Of a stretch of DNA of 62,158 nt, positions 1 to 10,104 are shown piece after piece (within the stretch, counting starts at the first letter, position 1; every line of letters starts with the position of its first letter). Under the pieces are notes generated by a model. That model worked only from the letters and a program-made list of their open reading frames with translations, searched no databases and was not told the origin of the DNA. The position numbers and the translations under genes were made by a program. Source of the DNA: a virus (Duplodnaviria > Caudoviricetes); IMG/VR virus record IMGVR_UViG_3300013113_000455, positions 1-62,158 of that record. The stretch is one strand, 5' to 3'.

Positions 1-1
1 A

Positions 2-424
2 ATGTATTTCGGAAACATATACCCATACCTCACAGAGGAAGAGATAAGAACTGCTTTAATAAGGCAGATACAGGAGAACAATCTTAATTTTGTAATGCCT
101 GCTTTTGAGGAGGCTTGGCAGAGCAAGTTTTGGAGAGAGAAGGGTTATGATGGCGCTACGTTTATCCAAGATAAGACTCATCCTAGCGTGGATGCTTTTT
201 TACACGATTGGGGTTATAGAGTGTACGGTGGAAACAAGTATGATGATTATGTTTTTTACAAACTTCAAAAGATCTTAAAAGATAAAGCTAAACGCAACTA
301 TGCAGGAGTAAGACTTGGTGGATTCTTTTTAAGAATGAAAAACAAATATATACAGAAGAAGCCAGGAACTTCTACTGATAGTCTTATAAGGCTATATGAG
401 ATATTAAAAAAAATTAAAATATAA
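2..424 (+). CDS. DUF1353-like phage protein (possibly 5' truncated)
   Basis: YDGATF...DAFLHDWGY resembles the DUF1353 DGAS...HD.LY signature; typical of the tail/lysis junction. Confidence 0.5.
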   Translation: MYFGNIYPYLTEEEIRTALIRQIQENNLNFVMPAFEEAWQSKFWREKGYDGATFIQDKTHPSVDAFLHDWGYRVYGGNKYDDYVFYKLQKILKDKAKRNYAGVRLGGFFLRMKNKYIQKKPGTSTDSLIRLYEILKKIKI

Positions 425-429
425 TTAAA

Positions 430-597
430 ATGGAAGAATTAACAGAACAGAACAACGCTTATATTCATATAATAAAGCTTTTAGATGCTGCTACCCAAAG
501 AGGTGCTTTTTCTAGACATGAGGTTTTATCGTATAATAAAGCATTAGGTATATTGGATAAGCTTTTTGTAGATGAAAGCAAGCAGCCTGAAGATTAG
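430..597 (+). CDS. small hypothetical protein (55 aa, MEELTEQNNAY...KQPED)
   Basis: Read manually: ATG at 430 after A-rich leader, TAG at 595-597; not in ORF track. Confidence 0.55.
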   Translation: MEELTEQNNAYIHIIKLLDAATQRGAFSRHEVLSYNKALGILDKLFVDESKQPED

Positions 598-612
598 ATT
601 TAACTTTAAGCT

Positions 613-945
613 GTGTCTTACGTTGTAAAAAGCAAAAGATTTTATTTTTCTATCTTTATGCGAAATGAAAATATAATGGAGAACACTAATTTGGGTATTT
701 TTATAAATACTGTTTTTTCTTTTTTCGGGTGGGGATGTTTAAGTCAAAATGTAGAAACGATAAAAGACAGCATTCCTTCATTAGATTATCTAAAGATTAT
801 AGTAACTCCTGCTGCCGAATCAGGCATAGATGCAACAAGTAAAATATCTGTATTAGTACTAACTTTCCTTTCTATAATCACCTCATCTATTACAATAGGT
901 CAATTTGTTTATAAAATTTTTAAGCAAAAAAGTAACAAAAAATAA
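613..945 (+). CDS. membrane protein, possible holin/lysis accessory (true start probably 658 or 677)
   Basis: Two hydrophobic segments, basic C-terminus, upstream of endolysin. Confidence 0.45.
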   Translation: MSYVVKSKRFYFSIFMRNENIMENTNLGIFINTVFSFFGWGCLSQNVETIKDSIPSLDYLKIIVTPAAESGIDATSKISVLVLTFLSIITSSITIGQFVYKIFKQKSNKK

Positions 946-1113
946 AAAATGTTGTAGACACACCGTCTATGACGAAAGCCATATTATTTATATTATATGT
1001 CCACAGGTATAGAGCCATGAAACTAATTAGTTTTATGATTATTATCTGTATGATTTTAATTACAGTCTCTATTAAAATATCAAAATTCATAGACGAGTTT
1101 TTAAAGTTTTATT

Positions 1114-1512
1114 TTGAATAGAAGTATTTTAGATTATAGAGTTATTGGGGATACTTGTGTTTTTACATGTGGTAAGAATATAGTTATAGACGATAATTTT
1201 GCTAGTAGGATAGTCAGGTTAAAAAACATTTATCAAAGCAGGCACAACATAACAAAGTTTGTGGTAATAGTAAACTGGTCTTATGTAAAGACTAAAGACT
1301 TAGATGTTTCTTCCTTTGCTAAAGATGAGTCTTTAGAGGGTGTGTATTCTATTGCCTTAGTGAACTTTACTAAAAATAACATTAAGAGATTTTTTTATAT
1401 CTTAACTTGTGTCATGGTGAATTATTTGATCTGTATTATCAAGACAAAAGGAATAAAAATTAAGTTTTTCACTAACATAAAAAAAGCAATAGCTTGGTCA
1501 AATGAAATATGA
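1114..1512 (+). CDS. STAS/SpoIIAA-like domain protein
   Basis: C-terminal IKFFTNIKKAIAW matches the F....A..W ending of SpoIIAA-like/STAS-SEC14 proteins. Confidence 0.4.
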   Translation: MNRSILDYRVIGDTCVFTCGKNIVIDDNFASRIVRLKNIYQSRHNITKFVVIVNWSYVKTKDLDVSSFAKDESLEGVYSIALVNFTKNNIKRFFYILTCVMVNYLICIIKTKGIKIKFFTNIKKAIAWSNEI

Positions 1513-1999
1513 ATGGAGCAAAAGGAGTATAGGTGTTTTAAAAACACTTCATCCTGATTTACAATTAACAATGAATTTAGCTATCCAGAGAACCTCTGTT
1601 GATATTGTTTTAGTAGAGGGAGCTAGAGATGTAGCTAGTCAAAGAAGGTATTATAAAGACGGTTTAAGTAAAATAAACCCAGATAAATATAGGTCTGAGG
1701 AGGAGTTGTGTAGGGTTGCAAAGCACATAACTATTCAGGATCATCCTGTGTATAATTATTCAAGGGCTGTAGATTTCTGTGCGTATGCTTTTCACAACGG
1801 CAAAAACTTGAGCTACGACATGACACACTTAGTATATATCTCCACTGTAATAGAACAGTGTGCAAAAGACTTATATTCAAGGGGTGTTATATCTCATATA
1901 ATAAGAACGGGAGTGAATTGGGATATGGACGGTATATTAAAGTTTGACCAATCGTTTTTAGATGCTCCTCATGTTGAAATAATAAAACCAGAGTCATGA
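1502..1999 (+). CDS. endolysin, M15 family L-Ala-D-Glu peptidase (T5-like)
   Basis: LHPDL, EGAR...Q, KH, RAVDF and DAPHVE zinc-peptidase motifs. Confidence 0.85.
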   Translation: MKYEWSKRSIGVLKTLHPDLQLTMNLAIQRTSVDIVLVEGARDVASQRRYYKDGLSKINPDKYRSEEELCRVAKHITIQDHPVYNYSRAVDFCAYAFHNGKNLSYDMTHLVYISTVIEQCAKDLYSRGVISHIIRTGVNWDMDGILKFDQSFLDAPHVEIIKPES

Positions 2000-2472
2000 A
2001 AAAGTTTAATGGATTTTTAAAGAAAGCTAAGGGATTTTTAGCCACTAAAGGTAAAGATGTGGGTCAGTTAGCTATTAATGCCGCCACAGGTAATTTTAAA
2101 GGCGTTATAAAAGAGATTGGAGATGTGTTGGGTACTGACTTATCAGAAGAAGGTAAAGCTCTGTCAGAAGAGTTCCAATTAAAGATTAAGGAGTTTGAGG
2201 TAGAGCATGAGAGATTAATGATGGAAGATAGGAAGTCTGCTAGAGATATGCAGAAAGAATCTTTAAAACAAAATGGAAAGCTTGCTAGAAACTTTATTTA
2301 TTATTTAGCTGCTTTTTGGAGTGTTGTTGGAGCTACCTTTATGATATTTTCTTTTTTCATAGTTGTTCCAGAAGGTAACACGCATTTAGTAGATACTCTA
2401 GAAGGGTTTATACTTGGTAATATAGTAGCTTCTATTATAGCGTTCTTTTATGGAGGGATGAATCAGAATTAA
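1996..2472 (+). CDS. holin-like membrane protein
   Basis: DRKSARDMQ coiled segment followed by TM helices ending IIAFFYG; overlaps endolysin stop (ATGA). Confidence 0.65.
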   Translation: MKKFNGFLKKAKGFLATKGKDVGQLAINAATGNFKGVIKEIGDVLGTDLSEEGKALSEEFQLKIKEFEVEHERLMMEDRKSARDMQKESLKQNGKLARNFIYYLAAFWSVVGATFMIFSFFIVVPEGNTHLVDTLEGFILGNIVASIIAFFYGGMNQN

Positions 2473-2786
2473 TCGTCACCAAATAATTTACAGTAAAGCA
2501 AGTAGTTATGTTCTCTGACTATTTGCTTTTTTGTTTTGGACCAAGTAAAGTTTCTTTTAGTTTCTAGATCTCCTGTTTCCCATTCCATGTGGTGTTCTGG
2601 ACATAGAAGCTCTATATTGTCTTTGTTTAATCTAAGCTCAGGTGTTCTTCCTTTGGTTAGTATATGAGAAAAGAATATTGGTTGAGGTTTGTTTCCTAGC
2701 TTTTTACCACAGTTAGCGCATACATGTTTTCGTTCTTTCCATATCTCCATAAACATTTCCCATTCTCCTGTTTTTTTTCTACTCAT
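2469..2786 (-). CDS. HNH/NinG-like endonuclease
   Basis: CANC...SHI...N..LLC..HH motif. Confidence 0.7.
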   Translation of the reverse strand: MSRKKTGEWEMFMEIWKERKHVCANCGKKLGNKPQPIFFSHILTKGRTPELRLNKDNIELLCPEHHMEWETGDLETKRNFTWSKTKKQIVREHNYLLYCKLFGDD

Positions 2787-2986
2787 TAAAACATGTTCTT
2801 TTTATGGTCAGGATTAGATTTAAAATGCTCGTCTTTTATCTCTACTGATTTATGTATATAAAATGTGTAACCATCAGGAGAGGTGTTTTTACAAGTAACA
2901 AATGCTTCATCAATCTTACACACTTCGTATTCTTCTCCTTTGTAGGTAAAGACATCTCCTTTTTTTAAATGTAAAATTTTACTCAT
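2786..2986 (-). CDS. hypothetical protein
   Basis: ORF in tightly packed operon. Confidence 0.55.
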   Translation of the reverse strand: MSKILHLKKGDVFTYKGEEYEVCKIDEAFVTCKNTSPDGYTFYIHKSVEIKDEHFKSNPDHKKNMF

Positions 2987-3010
2987 AGCTAACTGTATAA
3001 AAAGAGGGTG

Positions 3011-4156
3011 TTACCCCTCTTTGTAATTTTTAATATTAACTCTAAAAGTAGCTCTTTTTCCTTCGGGGCGTTTATTAAGTATTCTCCCGTTATCTCCAAA
3101 AGAGATTACCTCTTCGTATTTAGAGAAGGCTAGTATTTTCTGCTTAAGCTTTTCTTTGGTTTTTTCAAGTTCAGCAATTTTATCAGTACAGGTTTTGTAT
3201 TGCACAGCTATATCCCATTCTTCGTCTTCTCCTGCCCTAAGTGTGTCCTCATAAGATGTTTTATACTTGTCTTTGTAAAACTCAATATAAGCTTCGTTTC
3301 CTGAAGGCTCTGGCTCTATATCTGTTATCTGCTTGTCTATATCCAACTCTTCACCTTCGGAGTTGTATATATCTCTAGCCATAGTCACACGATTCCAGAA
3401 CTCATAAGACCTTACAATAATCTCTTGACATAATTCTAGGTCCATATCTAAGGGTAATACATTAAAGTCCACACCTGCTACTAGGTATGCAAGTTCAGAG
3501 TATGTAATACCTAACACTATCATTTGAAGGTTTGTTTGAACTACGTACCTGTGTGGTATTCCTAGTTCATACTTTTCTGCTGCGAACTGTGAAACCATCT
3601 TTATTTCTAGAGAAGCGTCTGACTCGATTACCTCACCTGTAAAGGGTGAAACCTGTCCTCCTGGGATAAAGAAGTCTAAGGAAGCTGATAAATGCGGATA
3701 GTTGATGTTTACAGCGTAACAAGGGATAGGAACTTTAGTTCTAATCTTTTTTGCTTGCGTCCAGTTATCTACCCAACCTGTTTCAGTTCCATCGTAGAAC
3801 TCCCATAGGTCTGATATTTTCTCTTCAAAATGCAATCCGTTTACAGTAAACTTTGTTGCAAAGGGAGGTATGTCGTAATCTATCTTACTTCTAAAAAGCT
3901 TTACAGCATCACCATACTCATCCATGTCTATAATCGTAGCTATCTCTGATGATCCTATTGTATTTTTTCTAAACGAATACCAATCTTCATTTCTTTTACC
4001 TTCAATAAACTGAGGGATAAAAAAACCGTATACATCTTCTTTTATTTGTTTAGCGTACTTAGCGTATTCTTCTAAGTGTGCGATTTCCTCTGGTAGGTTA
4101 CACCCAAGATTATCTGATGATAAATCTATTTTATTTATTTCCAATGTTGTTGACAT
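3011..4156 (-). CDS. YqaJ/lambda-exonuclease family recombination nuclease
   Basis: W...R...IGSSE, G...E, SASLD, LEIK, Y..Q..Q motifs. Confidence 0.85.
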   Translation of the reverse strand: MSTTLEINKIDLSSDNLGCNLPEEIAHLEEYAKYAKQIKEDVYGFFIPQFIEGKRNEDWYSFRKNTIGSSEIATIIDMDEYGDAVKLFRSKIDYDIPPFATKFTVNGLHFEEKISDLWEFYDGTETGWVDNWTQAKKIRTKVPIPCYAVNINYPHLSASLDFFIPGGQVSPFTGEVIESDASLEIKMVSQFAAEKYELGIPHRYVVQTNLQMIVLGITYSELAYLVAGVDFNVLPLDMDLELCQEIIVRSYEFWNRVTMARDIYNSEGEELDIDKQITDIEPEPSGNEAYIEFYKDKYKTSYEDTLRAGEDEEWDIAVQYKTCTDKIAELEKTKEKLKQKILAFSKYEEVISFGDNGRILNKRPEGKRATFRVNIKNYKEG

Positions 4157-4174
4157 ATTAATTGTAGATTAAAG

Positions 4175-4200
4175 AAACGGGCTTCACCTACTCCCGTTTT
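4175..4200 (-). terminator. hairpin between ssb and exonuclease
   Basis: aaacggg...cccgttt inverted repeat. Confidence 0.45.
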
Positions 4201-4236
4201 GAATTAAGGCTTCTTTGTAACTACTACGTGAAATCA

Positions 4237-4896
4237 TTAAAAGGGTAAATCGTCATCCTCCTCATACGAAGGCTGTTCTTGTTTTGTTTCTAAAGTCTGA
4301 GATTTTAAATAACCATCTACTTGTTCCGCTGCTTGTTGTAGCTCAGGAGAAACGGTGTTAAGTATATTGTCCTCAGCAGGCTTTAAATTAGAACACATTT
4401 CTTTAAGCTTTTGATGAAGCTCGAAACGGTCATAGTCTGTTCTATCTCTAAGCTTTGTTATCTTAGTCAAATCCATTTGCTCTTCGATACTAAGTTTCCA
4501 CTTAGGTCTGTCATCTCCGTTTATTGTTAGGTAAGCTGTTGGAAATGATTTACCGTCTTTAGATCTTGTTGCTAATGAAATCTTAATCAATCCTAACTCA
4601 GTGTAAGAGCAAAGTGTATTAAGAATACCTCTACCCACCATACTTAGTGATGACTCAATAACATAGTCCATACCGTCATCGGTAATGGTAAGATTAAAAA
4701 CTTCTGTTTTGTCGCCTTTATATTCATTAACCTGAAAGTTAATAGATTTAAAATAGCCACTAACAAATGTTTCGTTTTGTGTGTGCTGATACTTTCCTGT
4801 TTCAGCGTTCTTCTGATAAACCTTAAACACTGGCTTTTCTTCTTTAGTGTTTAGCTTTAAATAAGTCTTCGGAGCATTATCTCTTCCTAGTCCCAT
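4237..4896 (-). CDS. single-stranded DNA-binding protein (putative)
   Basis: Acidic C-terminal DDDLPF tail; located between helicase and exonuclease. Confidence 0.65.
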   Translation of the reverse strand: MGLGRDNAPKTYLKLNTKEEKPVFKVYQKNAETGKYQHTQNETFVSGYFKSINFQVNEYKGDKTEVFNLTITDDGMDYVIESSLSMVGRGILNTLCSYTELGLIKISLATRSKDGKSFPTAYLTINGDDRPKWKLSIEEQMDLTKITKLRDRTDYDRFELHQKLKEMCSNLKPAEDNILNTVSPELQQAAEQVDGYLKSQTLETKQEQPSYEEDDDLPF

Positions 4897-4923
4897 AATA
4901 TATAAAATTTAATTGTTTACTAA

Positions 4924-6972
4924 TTAATAAGGAGGCTCTTCGGCAGGTCTGCTGCCTTTAAAAACCGTCCCCTTGTTGTAGTTGTTAATGTCCTCTGCTT
5001 CAGAGGTTTCTTGCTGTTCAAATACGTAATCATCAAAGCTTGGCTTTTCATCTTCCGTACTGACAAATTTCTCTCCTAAGATAGTCTTTTTAAACCATCC
5101 TCGCAAAGGACTTTCGTTGTCAGAATCATAAAAACTAAAAAAATCTCTATACTTTCCTCTACCCATATTCAGGAGTACAGGACTGTCCATTGGAGTTTCT
5201 AAACCACCAGTATGTTTTGACTTTACTTTTTTAACAGCTATCTGTGTTTGGTTTCTTAATTCCTCAACAAACTTGTATCTATGAACTAATAACATGTGGG
5301 TGCATTTGTTTTCCCATACTACACCATCTGCAAGGTCAGCAGCATTCAACGGAGAAGGATTACCCTTTAAATCTCCTGACTGATGAACTCTTCGTGCTGA
5401 CTCTGTATTGGAGTGCATGCCTATGTATAAAGACATATTCTTATGCTTACACCACTTCTGTAGCTTGGTAGCCACCTGAAGTGTGTATTGGTATGTATTA
5501 AGCTTTCTGTCTACCTCTGTATAATCTACAGTTAAAGCGTTCCAAGGGTCTATAAACAGATAATCAAACTTACCTTTTTTAGCCTCTATCTTTTCAACCA
5601 TACTAAGAATATCTAGGTAGCTTAACATGTCTTCTGTTTCTATAAAAGCAAAGTTTTTGTCAAGGTATTTCAATCCTTTGTCTATGTGTTGTTTGGGTAT
5701 ATCCTTAACCTTTTCACCATACAAAAACTCAAGAACAAATACCTTAAGTTCCCATGCAGGGTTCTCGGTGCTGTATATGATGACACGCTTACCATGAAGG
5801 GCATTAGCTAGAGCAAAAAGAAAACAAGCGATAGTAGTTTTACCTAAACCTGCTGTACCTCCTATAATATCAAAAGCTTGGTCCTTAAACCTATAATGCC
5901 TATCTAAGTCTTTATACCCTGTTGATAGTCCCATTGGTATCTTGCCACTAGCAAAATCATGTATATAAGTGTTGACTTCATCACCTACAATAAACTCATG
6001 GGTATTATCAATATCAACAGGCTCATCTTTGGTTTTATACTTAGACTCTGGATTAGTTCCGTAGCCCATATCTCTAAGCTCCCTAGCAGCTTGTTTAGGG
6101 TCTCCTCCGCATTGTAGTACTGTGTATATCCCAAAAGGACTATATGATCTATTGCTATCAAATATTGAAGAAGTGCTAAACACTCTTAATAGGTTGTGTG
6201 CTATTGAGAAGTTACCCGATGTAGGACTGTTGCTTCCTGGTCTTACAACTGGTATCTTCTCATTCTTAACGTCTTTTAATTCCCAGCCATGACTTTCCAT
6301 AACCATTTTCCAATGGTGGTTGTCGTCGTTATAAGCATCCCAAGGCGGTATCCCTACGCTGTTATATACAACTTGTGGCTTCTCTTGAAATACGGGAGGT
6401 AGAATCTCATCAAAAGTTCTACAACAAGCAAAAAGAGTATCTCTTTCTTTTTGGGTAATTAACTTTAGATTAAGAAGCTTACCTTGTTCTATCTCGTAAC
6501 CTTCAGAAGGGTGGCAAACAACATAAGCGTTGGCTGACCTAGTTTCTAAAAGCACTAGCCTTTTTTGCCCTTCTTCAGCTTCCTTTTTAGTAGGTTCTCT
6601 TTGAGCAAGTTTAACGCTTCCTTCTTGTTTTCCTTCGACTTTGTATAAGAGGTGAAAGCCTTTGTTTTTTGTTGTCGATATAGTTAGCTTTTTCCAAAGT
6701 CCAGGACAGAAGAGTTCTACTCTGTCTTCTAAAAGCTCCATAAAGTCACCTTCTCCTATCCAGTATTTAGCGTCTACATCTACAACCTGAACACCTGCTA
6801 TCTCACCTGTTACAAGTCCTACAGATTGAAACTCAGATATGTCGTCACCTAGTTTGTAAAGTTCTTTGGTGTATTTCTGCCAAGAACTTATGTTGGGTAT
6901 TTTATTTTTTTTAAGCGGTATTATGCTATACCCTCTACCTAAGAGGGATTCAAGTTTGTCTCTAGTAATCAT
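4924..6972 (-). CDS. bifunctional primase-polymerase (Prim-Pol) fused to DnaB-like SF4 helicase
   Basis: N-terminal IIPL..NKIP, VVDVD, GFHLLY, YVV..PS; C-terminal GLSTGYKDLD, Walker A GGTAGLGKT, Walker B FIDPW. Confidence 0.85.
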   Translation of the reverse strand: MITRDKLESLLGRGYSIIPLKKNKIPNISSWQKYTKELYKLGDDISEFQSVGLVTGEIAGVQVVDVDAKYWIGEGDFMELLEDRVELFCPGLWKKLTISTTKNKGFHLLYKVEGKQEGSVKLAQREPTKKEAEEGQKRLVLLETRSANAYVVCHPSEGYEIEQGKLLNLKLITQKERDTLFACCRTFDEILPPVFQEKPQVVYNSVGIPPWDAYNDDNHHWKMVMESHGWELKDVKNEKIPVVRPGSNSPTSGNFSIAHNLLRVFSTSSIFDSNRSYSPFGIYTVLQCGGDPKQAARELRDMGYGTNPESKYKTKDEPVDIDNTHEFIVGDEVNTYIHDFASGKIPMGLSTGYKDLDRHYRFKDQAFDIIGGTAGLGKTTIACFLFALANALHGKRVIIYSTENPAWELKVFVLEFLYGEKVKDIPKQHIDKGLKYLDKNFAFIETEDMLSYLDILSMVEKIEAKKGKFDYLFIDPWNALTVDYTEVDRKLNTYQYTLQVATKLQKWCKHKNMSLYIGMHSNTESARRVHQSGDLKGNPSPLNAADLADGVVWENKCTHMLLVHRYKFVEELRNQTQIAVKKVKSKHTGGLETPMDSPVLLNMGRGKYRDFFSFYDSDNESPLRGWFKKTILGEKFVSTEDEKPSFDDYVFEQQETSEAEDINNYNKGTVFKGSRPAEEPPY

Positions 6973-7277
6973 TATTTATATTTTTCTGCAAACTTTCTTA
7001 AACCATTAATCTCCTCTTCTTCTATATTACCTTCGTTATCTATTTTATTAATAAACTCTAGCAGCCCTTCTGATAGTAGTACATGTTGTTTAAGCAGTTC
7101 TGATACGGCTTCTACGTACCTTAATCTAAACTCTGCTTCTTTTTTATATCTATTGTAGGCTTTAGGGTTTGTCGGGGTAAATTTTCCTTTCTCTAACGCT
7201 CCTAATGAGTTAAGCTTTGCTTCACATTGGTCAATTAAGTAATCGTTACCTTTTTGGATTTTATCTATTAAGTTCAC
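6972..7277 (-). CDS. hypothetical protein
   Basis: ORF coupled to primase-helicase start. Confidence 0.55.
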   Translation of the reverse strand: MNLIDKIQKGNDYLIDQCEAKLNSLGALEKGKFTPTNPKAYNRYKKEAEFRLRYVEAVSELLKQHVLLSEGLLEFINKIDNEGNIEEEEINGLRKFAEKYK

Positions 7278-7280
7278 TGT

Positions 7281-7922
7281 CTATTCTTTTTTATCAAACT
7301 CATAAAAATAACCATCTTCTACAGCCCATTTGTGAGCATTCTCACAGAAGAACTCATGGGTGCTTACCTTGAAGTCTGGCGGAGTTAATTTATTTGATGT
7401 CAAAGACTGATCATAGAATAGAACCCTGTTGTTGGGTTGAGCAGCAAACTGACCGTTATCCATCTTAATAATATTAAAAGACTTATGTTCGTTAGGTGTT
7501 TGCGAAAGGCTCACATTTAATTCATTAGGCTCTGAATGACAGCTATCAATAGTAAATAGATAATAACCCTTGTGGAACTTTTTATCTTTCATATATACCT
7601 GACAGTCTATATTCTTTAATATCGTTTTTTCAATGACAGTTATATTATACGAAAAACAATCCCATATTTGCAAGTAATCAAGTGGAACAAATGTATCAAC
7701 ATCAACATCTGTTTTCCAGACAAAAGCTGATATAGGTAGTTTATCATATAAAGCTCCGTATTCAGTTAGGTAGGCTTCAATGTAAAGTGCTTTTCCTAAT
7801 ATGGACTTTACACTTACCCAATAACATGGTTCATAATCTCCATGTCCTTCGTCAAAATCATACAGGTATTCTCTTCTGACATAACACTGTATCTGTGGTA
7901 GGTTGGCTACTAGATAACTCAT
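7281..7922 (-). CDS. conserved phage hypothetical protein
   Basis: MSYLVANLP...WDCFS...HKS...FAAQPNNR family common in aquatic phages; function unknown. Confidence 0.65.
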   Translation of the reverse strand: MSYLVANLPQIQCYVRREYLYDFDEGHGDYEPCYWVSVKSILGKALYIEAYLTEYGALYDKLPISAFVWKTDVDVDTFVPLDYLQIWDCFSYNITVIEKTILKNIDCQVYMKDKKFHKGYYLFTIDSCHSEPNELNVSLSQTPNEHKSFNIIKMDNGQFAAQPNNRVLFYDQSLTSNKLTPPDFKVSTHEFFCENAHKWAVEDGYFYEFDKKE

Positions 7923-8551
7923 TTTTTATTATTGACAACATATTCAGTAATAAACGTTTTCAGCTCTTCGGTAGGCATAGTAACCATAAACTCTGCTAGG
8001 TCTTTGTATTTACCCTCTTGGTCGTATCTTTTAAAAGCAGGAGTTAATTGTAGTTTGGTAATACCGAACATCTTTAATCCGTCAGCTATCTTTTTTAAGT
8101 CAGATACTTTTCTGTCATCTGTAATAAAACTAAAGTCTAACTTCTTGGTGTTTTTCTTAGCTTTCTCTGTAAGGGATTTTCCTTTAGAAACTTTTTCTTG
8201 CTTCTCAACAGTGCCTAACTTTTCTTTAGCGTTACTAACTTCTTCTTTAGAGGCGTAGTTTTCGTTATCACCAATCCCTAATGCTCTGAACGCCCTTCCT
8301 ATCGCAGAGGTCTCGGCATTCTCTACCCAGCTTGTTTTGTTAATGTTGTTAGTGCCTTCTCTTTCAGAGGCTATTCCTGTTGCTACAACCTTGCCTGAGC
8401 CATTGAGTATCTCACACTTAATAATAACCTGATGCTTACCGTCAATAATACAGGTGTCTAGTAAGTGTGTGGTGATTTTATGGGTTGCATAATCTTTTTT
8501 AAATATAGCTTGTCGTTCAGCTACTTTCTGATAGTCTTCATTATAGGTCAT
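7919..8551 (-). CDS. putative single-strand annealing (recombination) protein
   Basis: Y..V.ER, TG.A.E, INKTS.VENAETSAIGRA motif; context with YqaJ nuclease. Confidence 0.5.
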   Translation of the reverse strand: MTYNEDYQKVAERQAIFKKDYATHKITTHLLDTCIIDGKHQVIIKCEILNGSGKVVATGIASEREGTNNINKTSWVENAETSAIGRAFRALGIGDNENYASKEEVSNAKEKLGTVEKQEKVSKGKSLTEKAKKNTKKLDFSFITDDRKVSDLKKIADGLKMFGITKLQLTPAFKRYDQEGKYKDLAEFMVTMPTEELKTFITEYVVNNKK

Positions 8552-8675
8552 AAGTCTTTTTGATTGATTTACGTATTAATTTAGCAACAGATACCTTCTT
8601 TTGTTTTGCTAGTTCTTTCAGCTTAACAATCACATCTCCCTCTATCCTTATCTGGAACTTTGTATCTTTATTCAT
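8541..8675 (-). CDS. ribbon-helix-helix (CopG/Arc-like) regulator, 44 aa
   Basis: Read manually: MNKDTKFQIRIEGDVIVKLKELAKQKKVSVAKLIRKSI, a beta-strand plus two helices pattern; not in ORF track. Confidence 0.7.
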   Translation of the reverse strand: MNKDTKFQIRIEGDVIVKLKELAKQKKVSVAKLIRKSIKKTYDL

Positions 8676-8676
8676 T

Positions 8677-9054
8677 TTATTTTTGATTAACTTTCTTAAT
8701 TTTCATAGCCTCTTCTTTCGTCACTTTGATTACATCTCCTGAGATGAGGTCTTTAACAAAATACTTAAGATCTATTAACTGGTCAATATTGATGTTGGCC
8801 ATATCTTTAAAGATTTCTTCATAGATTGTTTGAATCTCTTGAACTACCTTAACTTCTTTTTCGTTTTTGTGCATAGAACGTTCTACGGGAAGTGTTTTCT
8901 TTTCAAGCTCTGAAAGAAATTTATTTCCATAATACTTTAGTTCTCTGGACCATATTGGGGTGTCTTTAAGGTCTTCAATGTTTTCCAACATTATAATAGC
9001 GTTGGACATAAAAGAGGTGCATAGCCTCTTGTGTTTGTTAATAGCTGCTTCCAT
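8677..9054 (-). CDS. hypothetical protein
   Basis: ORF in packed operon. Confidence 0.6.
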   Translation of the reverse strand: MEAAINKHKRLCTSFMSNAIIMLENIEDLKDTPIWSRELKYYGNKFLSELEKKTLPVERSMHKNEKEVKVVQEIQTIYEEIFKDMANINIDQLIDLKYFVKDLISGDVIKVTKEEAMKIKKVNQK

Positions 9055-9205
9055 ATTTATTCATATTTCCAAGATTGGGTTTACTGATTTTTTTACTCAT
9101 AATTGTGTCACATTTAGGACACTTCACTTCTGTTTTGTAAGACTGAACTAACTTGTCGTTAACTTCTGTTTTGCATTTTTTGCAAACGTAATCGAATATA
9201 GGCAT
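9038..9205 (-). CDS. FmdB-family zinc-ribbon protein, 55 aa
   Basis: Read manually: MPIFDYVCKKC...KCPKC; not in ORF track. Confidence 0.75.
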   Translation of the reverse strand: MPIFDYVCKKCKTEVNDKLVQSYKTEVKCPKCDTIMSKKISKPNLGNMNKYGSSY

Positions 9206-9365
9206 ATTTAATTGTTTGTTGCTTGGTACATAAATATAATTTCAATAGTGACATCTTTTTTACACTCGTCGCAGATGAACTTTGTATCCTCTACGTGCCA
9301 ACCTGAGTCACAGCATTCGGTTTTAATTTTTTTTAAGGCTTTCTCTGCATCCACTACACTTGTGT

Positions 9366-9704
9366 TTACTTGTATACGACAATTTTAAACTCCTTCCCTG
9401 ACATGTCTTTAGCGTCTAACATTGACGGCATCTTGTTAATACAATTAATATAAGCAACTTCACCGCAAACACTAGGAGTTGTAATTTCGTACCAGGTGGC
9501 TTCACCGTTTACAGACTCATAAGCGTATAGCTTTTCTGATTCATAAGATTCAGATCCTAGTTTGTTCAATTCGTCACCCGTTGCAAAAGTCATTTTAGTT
9601 TGTTTGCCATCAAAGCTTTTATGCTCTCTCAAGTAAACATCAAAGGTGCATATTGCTGATGCTTTAAATCCAATAATTAAAAATAATGCCGTTAGTTTTT
9701 TCAT
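9366..9704 (-). CDS. secreted/periplasmic hypothetical protein
   Basis: Start re-assigned to ATG 9704 (overlaps upstream TGA); MKKLTALFLIIGFKASA signal peptide. Confidence 0.55.
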   Translation of the reverse strand: MKKLTALFLIIGFKASAICTFDVYLREHKSFDGKQTKMTFATGDELNKLGSESYESEKLYAYESVNGEATWYEITTPSVCGEVAYINCINKMPSMLDAKDMSGKEFKIVVYK

Positions 9705-9988
9705 AATTCTTTTTCTTGTATTATTACTACTAATTCCTCTAATAGTTTCTTTTGAGCGTCCTCGTATCCTTTGCAGTATGGATACTTTGTGTCTATTGTG
9801 TTTTTTGGTCTGTGATAAGTACCTCTTGCATATATTTTGTAGCAATATTCACTACCTGTTTTTTCTATCCAAGAAACATACCCCCATCTTCTTCTGAACC
9901 AATCAAAGACCTTGCAGTATGTTACATTATCATCGTACCCTAATTGTCTGACTAAAGACAACTCTTTAGAAGTTATTACATCGCTCAT
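9701..9988 (-). CDS. hypothetical protein
   Basis: ORF with A-rich leader. Confidence 0.55.
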   Translation of the reverse strand: MSDVITSKELSLVRQLGYDDNVTYCKVFDWFRRRWGYVSWIEKTGSEYCYKIYARGTYHRPKNTIDTKYPYCKGYEDAQKKLLEELVVIIQEKEL

Positions 9989-10001
9989 TTTTTATTTTTT
10001 T

Positions 10002-10029
10002 AAAAAACCCCCTCAATAAATGAGGGAGT
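10002..10029 (-). terminator. intrinsic terminator closing the nitrogen operon
   Basis: ccctca-ataaa-tgaggg stem with U-run on minus strand. Confidence 0.65.
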
Positions 10030-10104
10030 CTTAATTAATCTAGTTCACTATCAATGATTGATTCTGTTGCTAAATCATCAATATAATCTTCTAAAAAGCA
10101 CATT

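Noticed and set aside
9105-9116. Extra copy of the early motif (gtgtcacattta)
   Set aside because: Lies within the CPKCDT codons of the zinc-ribbon gene; probably coincidental.
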